From assembly GCA_039810425.1 (NCBI GenBank), contig JBDHWW010000008.1, forward strand, positions 1-64,000: a stretch of 64,000 bases of DNA. Direction: 5' to 3'. The translations under genes and the position numbers were made by a program. The notes beneath the pieces were generated by a model. It was not told the DNA's origin and did no database searches. It saw only the letters and a program-made list of their open reading frames with translations. Position 1 is the first letter of the stretch. Every line of letters starts with the position of its first letter. Origin of the DNA: Pseudobdellovibrionaceae bacterium. Its GTDB lineage: Bacteria; Bdellovibrionota; Bdellovibrionia; Bdellovibrionales; Bdellovibrionaceae. Below, in pieces: positions 47,649-57,874 of this stretch.

Positions 47649-47807
47649 GAGATACTGGATCTACCATGAAGACCTCATAAGACCAACGCAGATCATATCT
47701 TGTTTTGTTGAAAATAGCCTGAAGGGTCCGTCATAACCGTGTCTGTTGCGGGAGCGTTCAAAGATGCGGCGCCGCCGAGAGGCGTTTTATTTCGGATGCA
47801 GCTCTGC

Positions 47808-48458
47808 TTAGCGAATTCTTCTGTCCTCTACGATCGACCCGTTGCGAAGGATGCTGACTTTATTTGCGAGGGCCTCCACATCGGCCGGATCATGAGTCAC
47901 CAGAACCGTCGGGATTTTTTCTTTCTCGATCACACTCTTAATGAGGGCGCGGCTTTCTTGACGAAGCTCTTGATCCAAAGCCGAGAATGGTTCATCCAGC
48001 AACAAAATGCGTGGGTCCCCGCTCAGCGCGCGCGCAATCGCCACACGCTGCTTTTCCCCGCCCGACAAGACGCTGGTAGGCCGGTTTAGGAACGACGTCA
48101 TCTGAAGCACCTTGGTAAGCTCCTGGAGCCGCTCAAAAGACTGCTCTGGTGGAATCTCGCGGGCCTTTGCCGCAAAGAGGATGTTTTCTTCCGCTGTCAT
48201 GTGCGGAAAAAGATCCAGAGTTTGAAAAACAACTCCCAAGCGCCTTTGCGGAACAGCCATTTTTGCCAGATCATGATCTTTAAACATCCAACGAAAATCC
48301 GGCGCGGTCTCAATCCCGATGAGCAAGCGAAAGACCGACGTTTTTCCCGACCCCGAAGGACCCGAAAGAACCGTGACGCCTTCGTCGAGGATTTCCCAGG
48401 AGGGAATGTCGATTTTGAAATCGCCGTAATTTCTAAATAGATTTTCGACTAAAGACAT
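47808..48458 (-). CDS. ABC transporter ATP-binding protein (ThiQ-like)
   Basis: GPSGSGKT, LSGGEKQR, LLLDEPFSALD. Confidence 0.88.
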   Translation of the reverse strand: MSLVENLFRNYGDFKIDIPSWEILDEGVTVLSGPSGSGKTSVFRLLIGIETAPDFRWMFKDHDLAKMAVPQRRLGVVFQTLDLFPHMTAEENILFAAKAREIPPEQSFERLQELTKVLQMTSFLNRPTSVLSGGEKQRVAIARALSGDPRILLLDEPFSALDQELRQESRALIKSVIEKEKIPTVLVTHDPADVEALANKVSILRNGSIVEDRRIR

Positions 48459-49893
48459 TTCCCACTCCCACCATGACAAAGAAACAAATCACACCACAAG
48501 CGACCAGGCTCAAACTCAAAACGGTTGCAAGCCCCAGGCGATAACCCGACATCAAAGTCTCAGTCATCATCGCAAGCGTCACATCCCGGTGCGCGAGAAT
48601 CCGCGAAACCGAATAGTCGCCGCACGCCCACACAGCTGCGACTCCCGCAAACAGCGCCGCGCGTTTTGAGATCTGTGGCATAAGCACTTCTTTAAATATT
48701 TGCGTGCTGTTGGCACCGAGGATACGCGCAATCGTGATCTGCCCTTCCAGCGATCGCAAGACCCCGTCCCAGCCCATGCGATGCAAGCTCGCGAGGCAAA
48801 GCAGATTAAATGCCAGTGGAATTTTAATAAATGGCCAGAAAGATTCGTTCGTACCGACAATCAGAAAAGCAAAACAGCAAAGAGCCGTGCTCGGCGCCAT
48901 ATAGCCTGAAAGGAATTTTTCAAACCACGCCTTGGGCCAACAATAAGCAATCACCAACAGACTGCCGTAAGCGAGCAACCCCACTAAGATGCCCATCACA
49001 AGGCTGCCTAAGAAATTCCACAGCAATGGCGATTGCAATTCATAGAAGGCACTGATCTGGTGAAAACCTTCCACCACTCCCTGAACATAGCCCAAGAAAC
49101 CAAATGCCATGATCAGCAACAAAGCCCCAATGCCCGAAAAGGACCGAAGGATGCGCAGATTCACAACACGGCTGGGACCCGCGGCCCCACCGCGTTTAGC
49201 AAAGAATGAAACCGCAAAAATAAATGCGGACTGAATCACAGCCAGCACCACCGCTTCACTCCAATTGCTGGAAAGACGAATCTTTTCATAGATCAAAACT
49301 TCCATGGTCGTGCCTTTACCGCCCCCGACGATCAGCGGAATCGCAAAGCTTCCGAAACAGACGGCGAAGATAAAAAGGGTCAGCAGAAAGATGTCGTTTT
49401 TAAGAAGAGGCCAGAAAGCTTTTCGCAGAAACTGCCAACGCGTCGACCCCTCGATATAGGCGAGTTCCGCAAGACTCCCGATTTTGTTCTCGATAATATT
49501 CGCCATCATCACGGCCACCAGGCCAAAGTTGAGAATAGTATGGGCAATAGTGATTCCCGCAATTCCCATTGGGAAGGGATCGATGAAATTCAAAATCGAC
49601 AGCAAAGTAAAAAGTGGGGGTAAAAAATTTGGAAGCAGGCAAAGAATCTCCAAAATCATTCTGTAGTGCCGGCGGAAGCCGCCCGTAAAGGAAATCAATC
49701 CGAACGCAACCCAAGTCCCGAGGAGTAATGAAAAGACCGCTGAAAAAAATGCCTGAAGAAATGAATTCTTAAACGCCCAGAGGAGTTCCCGCCACTCTGG
49801 CCAATTGGTGATATGAAAATGCGACAACAGAAATAGAAATGGGAAAACCAAGTAAACCAGCAATGCGGAACGCATCAGATTGCGTGGGCTCAA
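48433..49893 (-). CDS. ABC transporter permease (ThiP-like, duplicated domain)
   Basis: About 12 TM and two EAA-like loops. Confidence 0.82.
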   Translation of the reverse strand: MSPRNLMRSALLVYLVFPFLFLLSHFHITNWPEWRELLWAFKNSFLQAFFSAVFSLLLGTWVAFGLISFTGGFRRHYRMILEILCLLPNFLPPLFTLLSILNFIDPFPMGIAGITIAHTILNFGLVAVMMANIIENKIGSLAELAYIEGSTRWQFLRKAFWPLLKNDIFLLTLFIFAVCFGSFAIPLIVGGGKGTTMEVLIYEKIRLSSNWSEAVVLAVIQSAFIFAVSFFAKRGGAAGPSRVVNLRILRSFSGIGALLLIMAFGFLGYVQGVVEGFHQISAFYELQSPLLWNFLGSLVMGILVGLLAYGSLLVIAYCWPKAWFEKFLSGYMAPSTALCCFAFLIVGTNESFWPFIKIPLAFNLLCLASLHRMGWDGVLRSLEGQITIARILGANSTQIFKEVLMPQISKRAALFAGVAAVWACGDYSVSRILAHRDVTLAMMTETLMSGYRLGLATVLSLSLVACGVICFFVMVGVGNVFSRKSI

Positions 49894-50930
49894 GTGCCGT
49901 CTCCACGGCGGACTTCAGACCACTTCTTCAACAATCTCTCCACTTCTTGCGCCGGCGGAATTTGGAAGTCTCCCAAAGTTTTAAATTGCGGAATGTCTGC
50001 AAACGGAGTTCCCTCTTTGACGTTCTTGATAATCGGGAACATATAGTTCTTTTGCATGATGAGCTTCTGCCCTTGATCCGACAACATCAAGTTCACGAAT
50101 CTTTCGGCAAGCTCACAGTTTTTGCAGAAATCAGGAATGCCCATGAATTCGTACTGAATTGGATGACCTTCCTTGAATTCCAAAGCCACGTAGTCGTTAT
50201 TTTTTTCTTCCACCTGATGGTAAACCGGAGACGTCACGTATGAAAGCGCCAGCTTTGCCTGTTTTTTCGTAAACAGCCCGTAAGCGGCGGACCATGTCGG
50301 TGAATAGCTGTGCACTTGGTCCATGATTTTTTGAATAAACTTGAAACCTTCGTCTTCGCCTTTCGCTCGGACCACCCAGTACAAGAACTGCATGCCCGGA
50401 GAACTCGTGCGCGGATCTTCAATCGCGATCTTACGTTTTAGCTCAGGCTCCATCAAATCATCAAGACTTCGTGGAGGCTGGTTCAGCTCCCCTTTACGGG
50501 CGACAAAAGCAATGACTCCCCAGTCAAAAGGAACAAAGTAACTGTTTTGCAAAGCCGGCTTCACTTCATCGTACGCATCCAGGCCCGAGATATTGAGTTC
50601 ACGCCACTTTTGTTCCGACAATGCTTTCTGTAAATCAAATTGATCAAGACCGACAACAAGATCGGCGCCAAGGCTATCGCCTTCGATTTTCAAACGCTGA
50701 AGAAGGATTCCAGAGTCACTGCCTTCGATATACTGGACTTGGCACTCGCAGTCTTTTTCGAAAAGCTCTTTCAAGCCGGGGCCCGGGCCCCACTGACCTG
50801 TAAAAGAACTATAACCGAATACGCGCAAAGTGGGTTTCACTTCCTGCGGCTTGGTTTCGTCGTTCTTATTCAGCAGCGCTAAGAAGAGACCGACAAAAAC
50901 GACTGTAACGAATAAAATAAAGTGCTTCAT
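49890..50930 (-). CDS. thiB: Thiamine ABC transporter substrate-binding protein
   Basis: SSFTGQWGPGP, DPRTSSPG, WSAAYGLF, SYVTSPVYH. Confidence 0.88.
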   Translation of the reverse strand: MKHFILFVTVVFVGLFLALLNKNDETKPQEVKPTLRVFGYSSFTGQWGPGPGLKELFEKDCECQVQYIEGSDSGILLQRLKIEGDSLGADLVVGLDQFDLQKALSEQKWRELNISGLDAYDEVKPALQNSYFVPFDWGVIAFVARKGELNQPPRSLDDLMEPELKRKIAIEDPRTSSPGMQFLYWVVRAKGEDEGFKFIQKIMDQVHSYSPTWSAAYGLFTKKQAKLALSYVTSPVYHQVEEKNNDYVALEFKEGHPIQYEFMGIPDFCKNCELAERFVNLMLSDQGQKLIMQKNYMFPIIKNVKEGTPFADIPQFKTLGDFQIPPAQEVERLLKKWSEVRRGDGT

Positions 50931-50937
50931 GCTTCAG

Positions 50938-51420
50938 TTACCACCAAATACCGCGGCGACGTTTAAAGAAGTAGTAGTCAAAACCCAAGCAACGACCGGC
51001 TCCCACCCACGCCATGATAAAGTGAATTGCCAAAAAGGTCTTATAGAGGTCCTCGTTCATCGGACCCGAAAAAAACAACATGTTGAAGCAAAGCAGAACA
51101 CCCAAAAGAGCCACAGGACGAACCACATACCCGGCAATGTAAGAAATCGCAATTGTGAATTCCAAACCGACAATGATGAAAGCCACGGTCTGCCAGTGCG
51201 GAATGATTTGGCTGCTCACGAAAAGTTTATACCAGTTCGGAGCGTGACTCGCCGGAAGCCATTCGGCGATTTGATCAGCGATACGCGGACGGGACAAGAA
51301 GTCGCCCTTAAATTTGCTCATCGCCTGCTGCAAATAATAATAGCCCAAGAAAACTCTCAGGAATGAAATTGGCAACAGATGACCGACATATTTAACACTT
51401 TCAAAAAAGGCTACGAGCAT
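50938..51420 (-). CDS. DoxX-family membrane protein
   Basis: LRVFLG, 4 TM, GAGRCLGFD. Confidence 0.8.
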   Translation of the reverse strand: MLVAFFESVKYVGHLLPISFLRVFLGYYYLQQAMSKFKGDFLSRPRIADQIAEWLPASHAPNWYKLFVSSQIIPHWQTVAFIIVGLEFTIAISYIAGYVVRPVALLGVLLCFNMLFFSGPMNEDLYKTFLAIHFIMAWVGAGRCLGFDYYFFKRRRGIWW

Positions 51421-51428
51421 GTGTCTGA

Positions 51429-52064
51429 TTAGACACCTTTTTGCGGGCAATGCTCAAGAAGAAAACACCTCTCACAGAGAGGTTTGCGCGCCTTGCAAAC
51501 TTGCCGGCCGTGGAAAATCAATTCATGTGACAGCTTAATCCAATGGCCTTTGGGGACGAACTCACAGAGACGCTTCTCAATAGCCACGGCGTCCTCCCCC
51601 TTCACCCAACCGAGGCGGTTGCTTAAACGAGTGACATGAGTATCCACAACAATACCGCTGGCGATATCAAAAGCATTTCCGAGCACGACATTCGCTGTTT
51701 TGCGACCCACCCCTGTCAGCGCCACAAGCTCTTCCATCTTGTCAGGAACTTGTCCCTGATGCTTTTCAACCAGCGCTTGAGCACAAGCCTTGATGTTTTT
51801 AGCTTTGTTTTTATAAAAACCCGCGGACCGGATCAGCTCTTCAAGGTTTTCTTGCTTGGCTGCGGCCATTTTCTCCGGCGTCGGATACTTGGCGAAAAGG
51901 CCCTTCGTCACGATATTCACGCGGTCGTCGGTACATTGCGCGGAAAGGATTGTTGCAATCAGAAGCTCAAAGGCATTCTTATGATCAAGAGCACAGTGAG
52001 CATTGGGATAATATCTCGGCAGGAGCTTCAGAACGATGGCGGCATTCGCCGGCGCTTTTTTCAC
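51429..52064 (-). CDS. nth: Endonuclease III
   Basis: LSAQCTD, GVGRKTANVV, VDTHV, Cx6Cx2Cx5C. Confidence 0.95.
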   Translation of the reverse strand: MKKAPANAAIVLKLLPRYYPNAHCALDHKNAFELLIATILSAQCTDDRVNIVTKGLFAKYPTPEKMAAAKQENLEELIRSAGFYKNKAKNIKACAQALVEKHQGQVPDKMEELVALTGVGRKTANVVLGNAFDIASGIVVDTHVTRLSNRLGWVKGEDAVAIEKRLCEFVPKGHWIKLSHELIFHGRQVCKARKPLCERCFLLEHCPQKGV

Positions 52065-52075
52065 CGACTTAGGTC

Positions 52076-52315
52076 CTAGGCCTTATCGCCGAAGTCGCCG
52101 ATAGCTTCCACCGGGCAGCCTTCCATTGCTTCTTTGCAAGCCGCTTCTTCTTCGGGCGTTTCAGGCTGTTTGGTAACAAAAGCATGACCATCGTCTTCGT
52201 GCATCGAGAAGTTTTTTGGAGCTGTTAAAACGCAGGCATCACAAGCGATACAAGACTGATCGACGAACATCTTGCCGTGCGCGTTTTCTTTCCATTTTTG
52301 ATCTAACTCAGCCAT
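52076..52315 (-). CDS. Ferredoxin
   Basis: CIACDAC...CPVEAI. Confidence 0.9.
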   Translation of the reverse strand: MAELDQKWKENAHGKMFVDQSCIACDACVLTAPKNFSMHEDDGHAFVTKQPETPEEEAACKEAMEGCPVEAIGDFGDKA

Positions 52316-52481
52316 TTCAAGCCTCCAAGAGGGCCTCAATATAATGCAAGACCATAAAAAGTCAATTTCCGCCTCAGGACTGAGGTCGCATTTAGGGCCG
52401 GAAGAGGGTTAATCCCCCGAACAAACACTGAAGAAAAGGGACGATTTCGCTAAACTGAAAGGGACATTCTAAGGAGGATCC

Positions 52482-53573
52482 ATGGAAGGACCGCGTTCAC
52501 CGGCAGAGTCGGAATTGCCCTCAGTTCTTAATTTTTTGACCCAAAGCCTTCGTTCCGCAGCTGATTGGTCGATTGCCGCGGAATACCCCACGGCGTTATC
52601 GAGTTCGAACCTCCACAACATGCGCATTATCACCGAGGCTGATGAGATTGTTTCGCACGCTGTTTTAAAACCGCTTGTTGTAAAATCTCCCCATGTTATT
52701 TTCAAAGTGGGAGCGATTGGGTCAGTTGTTACCAACGAAAATCATCGCAACAAGGGACTCAGCACGCAAATTATTGAGGACTGCATCGCCCAGGCGACCC
52801 GCCAGCAATGCGATATCGCGATTCTTTGGACGAACTTGTACGACTTCTATCGCCGTATTGGTTTTGAGCTGGCCGGGACAGAAATCAGCATCGTGGTCGA
52901 AGAAGAATTCCAAGTTCCAGACCCTTCTTTGCGCTTGTCGAAAGACTCCAAAGTGGCGGCGGAAGCCATCCACCGCCTTTACTCGACCCACACCGTAAAC
53001 TCAGTCCGCACGGTGGAAGAAACACGTAAGTATCTTTCCATACCACAGACACAAGTTTATACTGCTTGGGACGCCTCAGGCCAACTCGCGGCCTATGCGA
53101 TTGAAGGCAAAGGCGTTGATTTGAGCGGCTACATTCACGAATGGGGCGGCTCTGTCACCGCAATCATGACTTTGCTCAGCTTTATCCGCCGCGAAAAACA
53201 ACAGCCGATCACGATCATTGTTCCTCGTCATTCGCAAAACCTGATCCAGAGGCTGCGTGAGAAGCCCGTGACTTATAATCAAGGCTATTTAGGCATGATC
53301 AAAATTTTGAATTTCGATCAACTCTCAGCGAAAATCAAACGCGCCTTCCGAGCAGAGGGTGTCTCTGACATCGTGCTTGAAAAGCAAAATGGCAAATTCG
53401 TCTTCGGCGCGGGTCAAGACCTCGCGGTCCTGAATGGCGAGCAAAACCTGACTCATCTGCTTTTTGGCCCGGTGAACATAGCAGACCTTGAAGTTTTCAA
53501 ACCGGAAACCGCCGAAAAGCTCTCTCGGATTTTACCTCTGAACTTGTGGATTTGGGGCTGGGACTCTATATGA
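52482..53573 (+). CDS. GNAT acetyltransferase (Eis-like)
   Basis: IGSVVTNENHRNKGLS, FYRRIGFE; AAGGAGG RBS. Confidence 0.85.
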   Translation: MEGPRSPAESELPSVLNFLTQSLRSAADWSIAAEYPTALSSSNLHNMRIITEADEIVSHAVLKPLVVKSPHVIFKVGAIGSVVTNENHRNKGLSTQIIEDCIAQATRQQCDIAILWTNLYDFYRRIGFELAGTEISIVVEEEFQVPDPSLRLSKDSKVAAEAIHRLYSTHTVNSVRTVEETRKYLSIPQTQVYTAWDASGQLAAYAIEGKGVDLSGYIHEWGGSVTAIMTLLSFIRREKQQPITIIVPRHSQNLIQRLREKPVTYNQGYLGMIKILNFDQLSAKIKRAFRAEGVSDIVLEKQNGKFVFGAGQDLAVLNGEQNLTHLLFGPVNIADLEVFKPETAEKLSRILPLNLWIWGWDSI

Positions 53574-54463
53574 TCGGGGCCCTCCGCCGTTCAGCAATGT
53601 TAGGTCTTCTCATTGTGGCCACCAGTTGTTTAAAGCCGCCCTCCATGAGCGACAATAACGGTCCTGAAGTGCCCGCAGATGACGTTCAAAAGGCGGTTCT
53701 CGTCGCTTGGGACTCTGCAGATTTCAATTCGATCAAACTCAATGAGTTTTTGTACGTTGAGCAAGATCAAAAGATCAGCACTCTCGAACCAAAAGTGGTT
53801 TACAAAGAGGCCAGCAAAATCATCGCTCGTACCGTAAAAGCAGATACGATCGACTACAAGTTTCTGGTTCGTTCCCAGGCGATGGAAAACGGCAGCTTTA
53901 AACCTGTGACTTCATATGAAGATAATATTTCTGCGGCTAAAACAACCCCATCAGTGATGGCGCCGCCAACGACATCGGCGATTCAAGGCAAAGGCCTCCC
54001 CGGCTCGGTCGACGAGTTGCAAAAATCAATGGCCAATGGAACCGTGGGTGTCCGCTCCGGCACCGGAACGAGTCACTTCCTTGGCGTCCTCATGGTGCAG
54101 AACATGCTAAGTGCTTGCGTTAAAAGCGAAAACTGGGATGTGACATGTCACAACCTTAAAACTTCAGAAGGCGTGATGTCTCCGCCGACAGGAGTCTCCG
54201 GCCAGCAAGATTGCGGCGGCATTCCGAACTGCCAGATCCGTTACAAAAAAGTGGCGTTTGATCTCGTCGTAAACTTTAAAGACGCAGACACTGGAGATGC
54301 CCGCACGGAGAAAGTCGTTTACGAAATGACTTTCAGCCCCGACGTTCCTTACTTGTCGCGCCTGACTGAATTCTGCTATCAAGGTATGGTGCCGACTTTT
54401 TCTCAAAAAGTTCTCGTTAAGATTTGCAATCGCGTCCAAAATTTCGAACCTGGCGACAATTAG
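53570..54463 (+). CDS. Hypothetical lipoprotein
   Basis: Lipobox ATSC, paired Cys. Confidence 0.7.
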   Translation: MIGALRRSAMLGLLIVATSCLKPPSMSDNNGPEVPADDVQKAVLVAWDSADFNSIKLNEFLYVEQDQKISTLEPKVVYKEASKIIARTVKADTIDYKFLVRSQAMENGSFKPVTSYEDNISAAKTTPSVMAPPTTSAIQGKGLPGSVDELQKSMANGTVGVRSGTGTSHFLGVLMVQNMLSACVKSENWDVTCHNLKTSEGVMSPPTGVSGQQDCGGIPNCQIRYKKVAFDLVVNFKDADTGDARTEKVVYEMTFSPDVPYLSRLTEFCYQGMVPTFSQKVLVKICNRVQNFEPGDN

Positions 54464-54530
54464 TTTCATAGACATTTCCAGCCGCCTTCGTTAGAGTTGA
54501 AAGATCTCTTTTACTCTCACGGAGGACCCT

Positions 54531-55184
54531 TTGAAAAAAGTAGCCGTCGTTCTTGCGGGCTGTGGCAACAAAGATGGGGCTGAAATCACCGAGGCAGTGA
54601 GCCTCTTGATTGCCCTCAGCCAAAATGGTGCCGGGTATATGTGTTTTGCCCCTAGCATGGAATTCGAAGCTTTGAATTTCACCAATGATCAGGCCCTGGG
54701 CCAGAAGCGTAATGTTCTCACTGAGGCGGCGCGTATCGCTCGTGGCAATATTCAGGACCTGAAAACTCTTGATGTTAAAAACTACGATGCATTGGCCTTT
54801 GTCGGCGGCTTCGGCGCCGCGAAAAATCTCAGCGACTGGGCGTTCAAGGGCGCCCAATGCACGGTTCTTCCGGACGTAGAGAAACACATCAAAGCTTTTC
54901 ATCAAGAAACAAAGCCGATTGCGGCCATATGCATCGCCCCGGTGTTGCTGGCGAAAGTTTTGGGCAGCGAACGGGTCACGGTCACACTCGGTGATGATAA
55001 AGAAACTATTGCCGAGGTTTTGAAAACGGGGGCACAGCACGAAGTTTGCCCTGTGGATGATTATGTCACTGACCGCCAAACAAAAGTTATTACAACACCG
55101 GCTTACATGTATGGTAATGCAAAACCTCACGAAATCTTTAAAGGGATTTTTGGGCTGGCAAAAGAACTTGTGGAGATGGCATGA
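54531..55184 (+). CDS. elbB: ElbB / ES1 glyoxalase (DJ-1 superfamily)
   Basis: [40 protein letters not shown]. Confidence 0.92.
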   Translation: MKKVAVVLAGCGNKDGAEITEAVSLLIALSQNGAGYMCFAPSMEFEALNFTNDQALGQKRNVLTEAARIARGNIQDLKTLDVKNYDALAFVGGFGAAKNLSDWAFKGAQCTVLPDVEKHIKAFHQETKPIAAICIAPVLLAKVLGSERVTVTLGDDKETIAEVLKTGAQHEVCPVDDYVTDRQTKVITTPAYMYGNAKPHEIFKGIFGLAKELVEMA

Positions 55185-56278
55185 AGAAAACAATAGCACT
55201 CATTTTTGGCGGGAAATCTTCAGAACACGAAGTGTCCATTCGCTCGGCCAAAAACGTTGCCAACGCCCTTGATAAAACAAAATACGACTTTATCCTGGTC
55301 GGCATCAGCAAAGAAGGCTCTTGGTATCGCTTTCACGGCCTCGAAGTTTTTGACCAGGTGGTTCGCTTGTCTGACAAGTCTTTGCCGGCGGGTTCGGATC
55401 CTGTGGCACTGATTTCTGAAGGCGGAAAACCCTGGTTTTTCTCTCTGAAAAACCAGGCAAAGACAGCAGTTGACTGCGCCTTCCCCGTTTTGCACGGCAC
55501 GTTCGGTGAAGATGGTACGATCCAAGGTCTGTTTAAAATGATGAATTTACCGTTCGTAGGTTGCGGTGTTTGGTCATCAGCAGCGGGCATGGATAAAGAG
55601 GTGATGAAACGTCTTTTGGCGGTGGCACAAGTTCCGAATGCGAAGTACGAACTTCTGACTCCAGAGCATACACCGGCTTACGATGAGCTTGTGAAAAAAC
55701 TCGGCACACCTTTCTTTATTAAGCCAGCGAACGCGGGCTCTTCCGTCGGCGTGCACAAGATCAAAGACAAGGCCGGTTTCGAAAAGGACTTGAAAGATGC
55801 TTTTGCCTACGACACCAAAGTTTTGGCTGAAGAATTCATTCAGGGCCGCGAGATCGAGTGCTCCGTCATGGGTCTTAACGCCACGGCCAGGGCTTCTTTG
55901 CCGGGCGAAGTGATCGCGCACCACGAGTTCTACTCATACGATGCGAAATACACGGACTCAAACGGCGCTTCGATTGTGATCCCGGCGCAATTGACGCCGC
56001 AAGAAATTGAAAAAATCCAGAAGATGGCCGTGAAGACCTTTCAAGTGATGGGTTGCGATGGCCTCACACGTGTCGACTTCTTCTTGAAAAAGAATGGTGA
56101 TCTCTGTGTAAACGAGATCAATACGATTCCTGGCTTCACCAAGATTTCAATGTATCCAAAGATGTGGGAAGCTACCGGTGTCAGTTACACCGAGCTGATT
56201 TCCAAACTCGTCGGCTTCGCTTTTGAAAAGCACGCCGCAGATGAAAAGCTGATGTTCAGCTACGCTGCTCTGAACTAA
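55181..56278 (+). CDS. ddl: D-alanine--D-alanine ligase
   Basis: [34 protein letters not shown]. Confidence 0.95.
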   Translation: MKKTIALIFGGKSSEHEVSIRSAKNVANALDKTKYDFILVGISKEGSWYRFHGLEVFDQVVRLSDKSLPAGSDPVALISEGGKPWFFSLKNQAKTAVDCAFPVLHGTFGEDGTIQGLFKMMNLPFVGCGVWSSAAGMDKEVMKRLLAVAQVPNAKYELLTPEHTPAYDELVKKLGTPFFIKPANAGSSVGVHKIKDKAGFEKDLKDAFAYDTKVLAEEFIQGREIECSVMGLNATARASLPGEVIAHHEFYSYDAKYTDSNGASIVIPAQLTPQEIEKIQKMAVKTFQVMGCDGLTRVDFFLKKNGDLCVNEINTIPGFTKISMYPKMWEATGVSYTELISKLVGFAFEKHAADEKLMFSYAALN

Positions 56279-56302
56279 AACAAAAAAAGGCCGGGATGAC
56301 CC

Positions 56303-56735
56303 CTTACTATTACCCACATTTTTTACTGGATGTGGGTAATAGTAAGGGGTCATCACCTCATACATTTCAGCAGCTTCGATCAGTTTAAGCCACGTCATCC
56401 ATAAGATCCGCCAAGCAACAATCGACATCACATTTAAATAACGAATAATTCTTTTACCAGCTTCAAGTCGGCAACGCTCAACCCCACAGCCTGTTTTTAA
56501 AGCCTTAAAGTAGAGCTCCACTTCCCAGCGCATACGATAAGTATTCCCCACGCTGAAGGATCACGTAAAAATGCATTCTGAATACCTAGGACTTCTAAGA
56601 GTAATCTCTTAGAAGTAACCAACGAGCCATAGGACCTTGATGCAAGGAAAGGTAAACACGAGGCGGTATGCACCCAGAAATATGTTCTAAATAAAACAAA
56701 ACCCACATCTTTTACCAGATGTGGGTAATAGTAAG
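56303..56735 (-). mobile_element. Non-autonomous IS4-family (IS50-like) remnant, 433 bp
   Basis: 17-bp TIRs CTTACTATTACCCACAT (56303-56319; inverse 56719-56735), 10-bp direct repeat GGGATGACCC on both flanks, internal transposase fragment. Confidence 0.85.
56355..56551 (-). pseudogene. IS4-family transposase fragment
   Basis: YRMRWEVELYFKALKTGCGVE matches the IS4 Y-(2)-R-(3)-E-(6)-K signature; no N-terminal domain. Confidence 0.85.
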
Positions 56736-56754
56736 GGGATGACCCGGCTTTTCT

Positions 56755-57459
56755 TTATTCCTGACAGTGGAATGTCTCCGCATTTCCTAATTTTAAACAA
56801 ACTTGACCTTTAAGCTGCCCTGGCAGTCCCGGTACCGAGTCTACGCGATCTCGAGAGCATCCCCCCTGACCGATTTGGTCTCTCGGTGTGCTGTCATTGG
56901 CGGCTCCTTTGACTCCTGCTTCACCCGCTTCTCCGACCGTGTTCGTCCAGTTAATATTAAAACTATTATTATCAGCGACCTCCAAGTTGAGGCTTCCAGG
57001 GTTCCCTCCATTAGCTCCATCGGTAGGACACCCGCCGTGTCCTCCCTCAGACAGATAGCCATTCTTACCATGGCCGCCGCCTTCGCCATTCAGTTGAACA
57101 TCAAGGGTGCCACGCGCCCTCCGGACTGAAATAGTCACGGCCCCCCCAGTTCTTCCATTCATCGCAAAGTAAGCTTTTGCACCCGACGGAAAATTACTGA
57201 TCCTTGCGCCTTCGGTGACTAGCTCCTTAGCAATAATGGTGAGAGTCTTATCTTCCGTGGTTATCACGGCATTCTCGGTTAGAATCACGCGGTCCGCCTC
57301 AATTTTTAAATGCCGAGTCAGTTTCAACGGCCCATCAATTACGTAGTCGGGCTCCACCGCTGCCTGGACTTTTAACTCATCTTTGGGTTTATCTTTCAGC
57401 TCCACCGCGCAGCCGGCAAGTAAGTTGATCATCAGTAAAATACAAATTTTATGTTTCAT
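56755..57459 (-). CDS. Gly-rich (collagen-like) lipoprotein
   Basis: GGAGG RBS, lipobox LAGC, GxxG repeats. Confidence 0.7.
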   Translation of the reverse strand: MKHKICILLMINLLAGCAVELKDKPKDELKVQAAVEPDYVIDGPLKLTRHLKIEADRVILTENAVITTEDKTLTIIAKELVTEGARISNFPSGAKAYFAMNGRTGGAVTISVRRARGTLDVQLNGEGGGHGKNGYLSEGGHGGCPTDGANGGNPGSLNLEVADNNSFNINWTNTVGEAGEAGVKGAANDSTPRDQIGQGGCSRDRVDSVPGLPGQLKGQVCLKLGNAETFHCQE

Positions 57460-57640
57460 AGCAATCCCTCCGCCTCGAGGTTGCTTACAAAGCTGAGACC
57501 AAGGTCTGATTCACTTTATTGCGTTTCAGTATCCGGAAACTGGAGGACGTCCGGACCTTGGCCTGTGAACGGATCTTGCAGTGAAGTCTCTGGTACAGAG
57601 GAGTTACATCTTGGATAAATCGCAAAACATTACTGAGAAG

Positions 57641-57832
57641 ATGCAATATTTTGAAAATGCAGGCTGTGACAAGCATCGTGAGTTTATAAATTCCCAAAAC
57701 AATTGCGTACTTTGCGGCACTGTTCTGGAGCTTTCGCATGCGGTAGATCATATCGTAGGCCATATCCGAGAAGAAGCTCACTGCCCTTCTTGCGAAGTTC
57801 GCACCCGCGCTCGCTTCCATCCTTTGAATTAA
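57641..57832 (+). CDS. Small putative zinc-ribbon protein
   Basis: CVLC...CPSC pairs; start uncertain (57581 or 57641). Confidence 0.6.
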   Translation: MQYFENAGCDKHREFINSQNNCVLCGTVLELSHAVDHIVGHIREEAHCPSCEVRTRARFHPLN

Positions 57833-57874
57833 CGACAAATCTCTGACTGCTGTTTCGCCAAAGTTTTGCCGGTT

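Noticed and set aside
52371..52386. GCCTCA-N4-TGAGGT as a member of the recurrent palindrome
   Set aside because: Spacer is 4 nt rather than 3.
56147..56551. 134-aa ORF as a functional transposase
   Set aside because: Only a fragment with the last catalytic motif; the frame runs through the TIR into the antisense of ddl.
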